Shown here: positions 56,016 through 64,000 of the stretch, piece by piece
Numbering within the stretch: position 1 is the first letter of the stretch
Layout of the letters: every line of letters starts with the position of its first letter
From: Octopus vulgaris
Taxonomy: Eukaryota
Reading direction: 5' to 3'
NCBI GenBank assembly: GCA_951406725.2
Contig: OX597824.1
Location: 84,444,001-84,508,000 of the forward strand
Length of the DNA: 64,000 nucleotides
Made by a program: the position numbers and the translations under genes
The notes under the pieces: model-generated
Database searches by the model: none
What the model was told of the DNA's origin: nothing
The model's input: only the letters and a program-made list of their open reading frames with translations

Positions 56016-56412
56016 CTAGCAGTATCGCCCGGCGTTGCTTGGGTTTGTATGGGAAATAACTATATAAGCATTTTTAGAGATGTAAAGTATAATAGCCATC
56101 TCAATATGGTTAACCACAAAGAGGTGGGTGTTACTGTAGCTTTTTACGTTCTGAGATCTAATAATAAATTTTTAGAGAGTTACTTCCTTTATATATGCCA
56201 AAAATGCATTAAAAATGGGAAAAATTGGTGGTAAATTTTTTTTTAAATCGTAGACTCATTGTAGACACGCGCTAATACCCAGAAGGGCTCGATATGAATC
56301 ACGACTATAAGATACCCGGTTTTGGTTAAACTGCACCGCAAAATGTGGGAGTAGTTGGGAATCTAAATCATAGGAGACAGTCGGCATACAACCTTACTTT
56401 TATATATAAAGA
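56016..56412 (-). mobile_element. Non-autonomous Helitron, same family as 31039
   Basis: Reverse complement has the TC start, the same body, hairpin and CTAG end. Confidence 0.9.
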
Positions 56413-57815
56413 TTAGTAAGAAAATAGCAATGTAATATAGAAATATAACAGTATATATTGATGAGTTTTAACAGTTCATTCCGATACAGATCAGATGTGC
56501 AGAGGAAAACACTAGCACATGTTGTCGTGTTTGTATAAAGAATTTCTCTTAAATCTTGTTTATCGGAAAAAAACATCAACACATTGTTAAAGTGGGTTTC
56601 TAGGATAAGAGATTGGTAAGAGAATTAGCCAGCTGCCATTTAAACTGGAACTCTATATCTCTGTTGGAATTAATCTTGCTCTAAAGTACACTGAACAAAT
56701 AATACTCGTGTGTATGTGTGTGTGTGTGTGTATGTGTGTTTTCATTATTGATCGGTTTGAGATCAATGCTCTGTCTTTATGTCCTGTCTATGTTATTAAT
56801 TCAAGGAATAAAAAAAAAATGAACAAAATAAAATGAAATTCATATAAATTCATAATCAAACGTAGAGAAAAATAATAAAAATGAGTCACTCATATTTTGA
56901 GTGTTGCTGGAGGGAAGGAGGAGAAGGAATGTAGCCACATGGTCAGGAATTTCACTTTCCTATAAAAGCAGGGTTCTGAGTTTCCATCGTGTGATGATGC
57001 CATCCACGCCCTGGGACTTTGGATAAGGGTCTCTTCTGTCATAGACTTGAGTCATTCATTCAAAGAGTTGTGAATGAGGAACATGGAATGTGTGTGGAAA
57101 TTCACTCCACAGACTGAAAAGATGTTATTCAAAAGTTCCAGCTTTGTCACATATACTGTCTGCTGCCTACCTGACCCTGAATCATCATTATCATCATCAT
57201 CGTCATCATCATCATCATCACCACCACCACCACCACCACCACGCTAACCATCATTACCTATTTCTTTACTACCCACAAGGGGCTAAACACAGAGGGGACA
57301 AACACCATCATCATCATTATGTCTGCTCTCCAGTGCGTAACTGGTACTTAATTTATCGACCCCAAAAGGATGAAAGGCAAAGTCGACCTCGGCGGAATTT
57401 GAATTCACAACATAATGCAGACGAAATGCCGGTAAGCATTTCGCCCGGTGTGCTAACGTTTCTGCCAGCTCACCACCATCATTACCATCATCTTCACCAC
57501 CACCACAACTGCTGCCGCCACCACTGCTGTCTCACTGCCACTACTATCTTGCTGCCACCGCCATCACCACCATCATCATCATTATGTCTGCTCTCCATGC
57601 TGGTATGGGTTGAATTGTTTGACTGGATCTGACAAGCCAAGAAGACCATGATGAGCTTTAATGTCTCAGTTCTGGCATGGTTGCTATGGCTGGATGGTCT
57701 TCCTAACACCAACCATTTTACAGAACGTACTGGAAGCATTTTACCGTGGCACCAGTACCATAGAGTTTGTCTTGTCTCCTGCTCTCCTAACCCTGCATTC
57801 TCTTAAATTGATTTG

Positions 57816-57850
<35 letters not shown>

Positions 57851-58264
57851 TACATACAGGTGTAGGCATGGCTGTTTGGTAAGAGGTTTGCTTTCTAACC
57901 ACATGGTTCCAGGATGAGACCCACTGCATGGTTCCTTTGGCGAGTGTCTTCAATTATAGCCTCAGGCTGACCAATGCCTTGTGGGCAGATTTGTTAGACA
58001 GAAACCGAAAGAAGCCCGTTGTATATGTGTGTGTGTGTGTGTCATTGTATGTGTGTTTGTCCCCCACCACCACTTAAGAACCAGTGTTGGTGTGTTTACA
58101 AATCTGTGACTTAGCAGTTCGGCAAAAGAGACTGATAAGATAAGTATCATGCTCCAAAAAATATAAAAATAAGTATTGGAGTTGATCCATTCGACTAAAA
58201 ATACTTCAAGATAGCGCACCAGCATGGCCACAGTCAAATGACTGAAACAAGTAAAAGATAAAAG

Positions 58265-58304
<40 letters not shown>

Positions 58305-58379
58305 AGTGTGTTTGTGTATACGTTTATCAATTTGTAGTAATGGAGTAAGTGGAGCAAGAACACACACAAAAACGAAAAG

Positions 58380-58424
58380 TGTCACTGAAGAGGTCACAGG
58401 TGTGTGATGAAAGATTTCCAGACA
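58380..58424 (+). ncRNA. Hammerhead motif in a Penelope-like fragment (~58325-58538)
   Basis: UGUCA-CUGAAGA-G-GUCACA-GGUG-UGUGAU-GAAA-GAUUUC-CAGACA. A relative with helix II deleted lies at ~63435-63465 (-). Confidence 0.65.
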
Positions 58425-58542
58425 ATGGACATGAATTAAAATAATAAAATAAAAACAGTAATAAACAAGTGACAAAAAAAACATAGTGCGCGTGTTTATT
58501 TGACAAAAAAGAGAAAATGACCATCCCGAAATACAATATATA

Positions 58543-58594
<52 letters not shown>

Positions 58595-58603
58595 TATCTG
58601 TCA

Positions 58604-58634
<31 letters not shown>

Positions 58635-59656
58635 ATTCTATCAAGACAGACAGACAGGCAGACTAAGTGATACATCAATTTGATCATGCCTGATAATTCT
58701 GTTGACAAAATTGTATTGACAGACACTTTACATCTGATACATAGCCGCATATTAAATCAGGAAATCCGTCTTAGATTCTTCAATAGAAGTTTGTAAATGA
58801 TCAGGCTCTCGACTATTTTTAACAGAGAAGGGGAAATGAGCCATAAGCACTTTCGGTAGTAGTTCTATCGCAAAACCTGCAGGTACTTCATAAAAGCATT
58901 CGCTGGAAAAATATTAACCTTGTTGGTGATTTCACGAAATCCGAATACCATCAAGTACATCCTTTTTGGTTGTTGCTGATAAACCAATATGTAGTGGTTC
59001 TTCGTAAAGGGAAATGTTTTTGAATTCAAAAGCTTCCTTTTCCAACAACTTGGTTTCAGATTCAGTTTCACAACATGGACACTTTGATCAAGTGTCTTCA
59101 ACTATAACATGAGGCTGACCAAAGCACCGTGAGTGGATTTGGTACATGGACACTGAGAATCCATAAAATGTGTATGCATGTATGTATGTGTATATGTATA
59201 TATATATATACATACATATATACATACATACATATATATACACACACACGTACACACACACACACATATATATATATACATACATACTTATATACATATA
59301 TATTATGTAGATAGGGTTAAAATTCAAGCTGTGTCCTCTTGAAGCACATCTGTTTATGCTAGTATTCCAAAACCATATTTAAGTATTATACTTGTGTGAC
59401 GTCTGCATAAGAGTCAAAAATACAGGAAAATATTTCTTGCAGAAATTGGGAAAATTCTTGGTATTATTTATTCACCATTTCACATTTGATTCTCCGTCTG
59501 AAGAATTTCTAATAGTAGAAGTCTAACATGTTTTCTACTACATATACAAATTTATAAATCCTATTAGTAAATGAAACATGTGTAATGGTGATTAGATATT
59601 ATCAGAAAATTTTCCAATCTCCTTGTTTTTGTTGAATAAAATTTGTTGGAAAAAAG

Positions 59657-59677
59657 CCGCAATAATTATGCACCAAC

Positions 59678-59683
<6 letters not shown>
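59657..59683 (-). mobile_element. Mariner-type terminal inverted repeat (single end)
   Basis: TATTAGGTTGGTGCATAATTATTGCGG resembles the Hsmar1/MADE1-type TIR and ends in TA. Confidence 0.65.
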
Positions 59684-59729
<46 letters not shown>

Positions 59730-60426
59730 AGGCTTCTTTCGGTTTCCCTCTACCAAATCCACAAACAATGCTTTGGTTGGTCTGAGGCTATAGTAGACGA
59801 CACTTACCCAAGGTGCCATGCAGTGGGACTGAACCCAAAACCATGTCGTTGGTAAGCAAGCTACTTACCACACAATTATGTAGTAACAGGCACTCTGTCA
59901 GTTACGACAATGAGGGTTCCAGTTGATCTGATCAACCAAACAGCTTGCTCGTGAAATTAACATGCAAGTGGCTGAGCACTCCACAGACATGCGTACCCTT
60001 AATGTAGTTCTAAGGGAGATTCAGCTTGACACAGAATGTGATGAGCCTGGCCCCTTTGAAATACGGGTACTACTCTTTTTTGCCAGCTGAGTGGACTGGA
60101 ACAGTGTGAAATAAAGTGTCTTGCTCAAGGACACAATGCGTCACCGGGAATTGAACTCACAACTTTATGATCATGAACTGGATGCCCTAACCACTTGCCC
60201 ACATGCCTTCACAGTTATGTAGTAGACTGCAAGCAAATGACATCATTAGCAAACCCATTGTTTGCAAGTGAGTGATAAGGCAATACAAAATCCTTCTCTC
60301 TCCTTCTCTCTTTCTCTCTCTCACACTCTCTTTCACACACATACACACACACACACAAATATATATTTACAAATTGCTTCTTTCAGTTTTTGTCTACCAA
60401 ATCCACTCACAAGGCTTTGGTCAGCC

Positions 60427-60827
60427 GTTCAAGAATTTGGACCTGGAGATCTCCATTTCCAGTGACTTCAAGGGCCACTTCCCAGTGGTTAGTTAGTTAG
60501 TTAGTTAATTTTTTGGCTCAAAAAGCAAAAAGCAAGGCCATGTAGGGGAACATGGAATTATGTACAGGGTGGTGTTCATGTAAAGAGTTCAGGCCACTTG
60601 AGGTCAAGGGAGACCTTGAACGGAGTGGTCGTCGGCATCTTCACCATCTCGTCTGGCAGCTTATTCTACGGATCTGCAACCCGGACGGGTGTCGGGCATC
60701 AACAAAGAGCCCTCGACTACAAGATGACCAAAGTTTTTTTTTTTCCAAGGTCTGGTGTCCCCCGCCCCTAAGCCCTAGACCATCACCTAATCACCCTTAC
60801 CCACCTTGTTGCTTAACAACAACAACA
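60427..60827 (+). mobile_element. Retroposon 3' fragment with (AAC)n tail and 18-bp TSD, inserted in SINE A
   Basis: TSD ACAAGGCTTTGGTCAGCC at 60409-60426 and 60828-60845. Uninterrupted relative at ~39250-39445. Confidence 0.8.
60490..60687 (-). mobile_element. CR1-like LINE 3' end with (TAAC)n tail
   Basis: Translates VRVADP*NKLPDEMVKMPTTTPFKVSLD, matching the CR1 WNxLP...FKxxLD C-terminal motif. Confidence 0.8.
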
Positions 60828-61255
60828 ACAAGGCTTTGGTCAGCCCAAGGCTATAGTAGAAGACATCTGCCCAAGGTGCCATGCAGTGGAGTTGACAATA
60901 ACGGTTGGGAAACAAAACTTTGTTAGCCACACTGCCATTCCTTCACTGCTATATTTAATAAGTCGCAGGAGGTCTGTATGCAGCACCAACTGCAGTGGTA
61001 GCAGCCACAGAAGCTTTGTCCCAATTGCTGGAACAGTAGTCTATTGTATATCTCATATGAGCTTTGTTGTAATTAATCATTAATAAGAAAGGTAAAAAAA
61101 AAAAAAGAAAAAGCAATTTGAGTTTGGAATTTCTGAAATTACTGAGAGGCCATGCACCTGGCTGTGTGATTGTGTGATTATGGAATGCACTTGGCACATA
61201 AATGCACATAAACGGTCTCAGGTAACACTTTAGATAAATGTCCTCTACTCTAGTC

Positions 61256-61818
61256 TTAACTGTTTAGCATTCAAACAGACCATATCTGGCCAAAGTATTC
61301 TATCTGTTTTATGATCAAACCGGCCAGATCTGGCCTCTTACATCTACCCTGTAATGTCATTGTAAAAAATAAGCAATCACATTATGAAAACCTCAAAGCT
61401 ATAAGATAATGCATGATCAATTCAAAACAATGTGAATAAATAAGCATTACATTTGACAAAAGGCACGTGGCTTAGTGGTTATGGCATTCGGCTCACGATT
61501 GTAAGGTCGTGAGCTCAATTCCCGGCGACGTGTTGTGTCCTTGAGCTAGACACTTTATTTCACATTGCTCCAGTCCCCTCAGCTGGCAAAACTGAGTGGT
61601 ACCTGTATTTCAAAGGGCCAGCGTTGTCACACTCTGTTTCACACTGAATCTCCCTGAGAACTATGTTAGGGGTACACGTGTCTGTGGAGTGCTCAGCCAC
61701 TTGCACGTTAATTTCACGAGCAAGCTGTTCTGTTGATCGTATCAGCTGGGACCCTTGTCGTCGTAACCGACAGAGTGCTCCTACATTTGACAGAGTAATC
61801 TGAATGCCAAAGGGTTAA
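61256..61818. mobile_element. TTAA-flanked MITE (piggyBac-like termini) interrupted by a SINE
   Basis: TTAAC-GTTTAGCATTCA ... TGAATGCCAAAGGGTTAA. Homologous copy at 24199-24645. Confidence 0.8.
61459..61781 (+). mobile_element. tRNA-derived SINE, head 1 + tail E, with 11-bp TSD TACATTTGACA
   Basis: TSD at 61448-61458 and 61782-61792. Inverted relative at ~59888-60210. Confidence 0.9.
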
Positions 61819-62981
61819 ATTAACCAAAGCCTTTGTTTGTGAAGTTTAGTACACAGAAACTGTTTGGAAGATTTTCCATGGGACAATTCTTGTTTTGGAG
61901 GAGTTAGACTTAATCCTTTATCCTGTTTAACAACTTGGCCCATTGGTGACTTTAGCAAAGTCCAGTTCATGCAAAAATTCAGCCTGGTCCTTTAGTCTGA
62001 GGGTGATATCATGGCCAAAGGCGGCGAGCTGGCAGAGTCGTTAGCACGCCGGGCGAAATGTGTAGCTGTATTTCGTCTGTCGTTACATTCTGAGTTCAAA
62101 TTCCACCGAGGTCGACTTTGCCTTTCATCCTTTCGGGGTCGATAAATTAAGTACCAGTTACACACTGGGGTCGATATAATTCAGCCTGGTAGTAAAGAAA
62201 TAAGTAATATCATGGCCTCCTTGAAAAGAATGATAGGTCCTTCCTGTGACTAAGCTACAAAAGAAAGTAAAATAACAGAAAGCAAATCTTTGATTTTTTT
62301 ACTTGTTTCAATCATTTGACTGCAGCCGTGCTGGGGCACTGGCTTGAAGAACTTTTATTAAGCGAACTGACCCCTTTACTTAATTTTTAAAGCCCAGTAC
62401 TATCAGTCTCTTTTGCCAAACTGCTAAGTTACAGGGTTTTAACACACCAACATCACACCAACATCAATTGTCAAGAAGCAGTGGCGGTGGTGGGGAACAA
62501 AAGTACACAAACACACACACACGTTGGGCTTCTTTCAGTTTCCATCAACCAGATCTACTTAGAAGGCTTTGGTGAGCCCAGGGCTATAGCAGAAGCTACT
62601 TGCCCAAGATACCATGCAGTGGGACTGAACTGAGCACCATGTGGTTGGGGAGCAGACTTCTTACCATGCAGCCACATTTGCACCTAATCCATTACCCAGT
62701 TTAACACCACTACCTGGTGTATGTGAAAAATTATTTGTAACACTGTATAGTGCATTAACACACTAACCACTATGGCCTGTTGCTGGAACTCATAACCTTG
62801 CTATCGTAAGCTGAATACCCCTAAGCATTAAGCTATGCACTTTTGCACATCAAATATGCCATCAAATACAATAATGTGTAAATATTTTTTTGTTATATTT
62901 CAGGATGGTCATTTTATTTTTACAGAGATGTACTTGCATAGCAAGTGACCTGATCTGAGATCGTGTGCTGGAACAAAAACA

Positions 62982-63227
62982 ATTGCAGCATGGAAGGTGT
63001 TTATAAGCCATTTAAGAAACACACAAAAACCGTTAGATTCACTTCAACATTTAAATTTAATTTGTCAAAATATTTTCATCGCTTTGAGACTGTGACCTGT
63101 TCACTGACAAAATTCGCGGTCTCAAAGCGACGAAAATATTTTGACAAATTAAATTTAAATGTTGAAGTGAATCTAACGGTTTTTGTGTGTTTCTTAAATG
63201 GCTTATAAACACCTTCCACGCTGCAAT
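62982..63227. repeat. 114-bp inverted repeat, 18-bp spacer
   Basis: 62982-63095 vs 63114-63227, four mismatches, all at CpG sites. Confidence 0.95.
63061..63111 (-). ncRNA. Hammerhead-topology motif with G3:C8 core variant
   Basis: UUUGUCA-GUGAACA-G-helix II-GAAA-AUAUUU-UGACAAA. Second copy at 6168-6214 (-). Confidence 0.6.
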
Positions 63228-63522
63228 CATTTTTTTTTCTTTTTGCCAAGAGCTCTTGGTGTTGCATTGATAGGTTCCCCCAACCCTTCTTTTTTTTTCC
63301 TTGTTTTTCTTTTGTAAAATATATTCCTCTTCATATTTTGAATAAAAGATGCTTTATGCAGCCCCCACGCGCGTGCGCGCACTATATATTCGTTCTTCCC
63401 TTCAGGTCTATCCTTGTTCTTATGCTTGTATCCTTTGTCTGAAATATTTTAACCTCTTCAGGAACTCTCCATCCCACGTGTCTCCTCGTGTTCCATTTAC
63501 TCCCTTCAATATTTCTATTGGG

Positions 63523-63830
63523 TGGAGGCACATGGCCTAGTGGTCAGAGCAGCGGACTCGCGGATGAGGGATCGCCGGTTCGAATCTCAGGCTGGGCAAT
63601 GTGTGTATTTATGAGCGAAACACCTAAGATCCACGCGGCTCCGGCAGAAGGTAATGGCGAAACCTCTGCTGACTCTTTCACCACAACTTTCTCTCACTCT
63701 TTCCTTCTGCATCTTGCAGCTCACCTGCGACGGATCGGCGTCCCGTCCAGGCGGGGATCCTATACGCCAACAAAACTGGGAAAAGGGCCCTTATGAGCCA
63801 GGCATGGTTCGAGAAGGAACAAACAACAAT
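63523..63830 (+). mobile_element. tRNA-derived SINE, head 2 + tail X
   Basis: GGAGGCACATGGCCTAGTGG...GGTTCGAATC head, same body as 36062, same tail as 32748. Confidence 0.85.
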
Positions 63831-64000
63831 ATTTCTATGATGTGTATCTTTATCTGCGCATGCGTGTGTGTGAGAGAGAGGGGGGTTGCTTACTATACTG
63901 TATGTACCCGTAGGCGGCGAGCTGGCAGAATCGTTAGCACGCCGGACGAAATGCGTAGCCGTATTTTGTCTGCCGTTACGTTCTGAGTTCAAATTCCACC

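Noticed and set aside
58800-59030. Possible transposase or exon remnant
   Set aside because: Stops in most frames and no motif I can identify.
62922-62950. Short hairpin ACTTGC-ATA-GCAAGT as a Helitron/Helentron terminus
   Set aside because: No matching opposite terminus found; the hammerhead-like layout nearby favours a Penelope-like origin.

Overview
AT-rich, repeat-saturated animal DNA. The SINE, LINE and microsatellite repertoire looks like an octopod cephalopod (Octopus-like); this is inferred from repeat families, not from a marker gene. Almost all ORFs in the track are microsatellite or SINE artefacts. The only long genuine coding sequence is a near full-length RTE-clade LINE (minus strand, ~47.3-50.9 kb). 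It encodes an APE endonuclease and RT, has no in-frame stops, carries two slippage-type frameshifts, and has a C4HC3 PHD-type finger inserted inside the RT region. A probable signal-peptide first exon of a host gene lies at 3323-3392 (+). I recognised no later exon, so the rest of the window may be one very long intron. The remainder is tRNA-derived SINEs (several families, modular heads and tails), RTE/CR1 fragments, MITEs, two non-autonomous Helitrons and Penelope-like fragments carrying minimal type I hammerhead ribozyme motifs. Highlights: a hammerhead family with the core C3:G8 pair swapped to G3:C8, the PHD-in-RT LINE, a Helitron flanked by a 130-bp direct duplication, and recurrent fold-back inversions.
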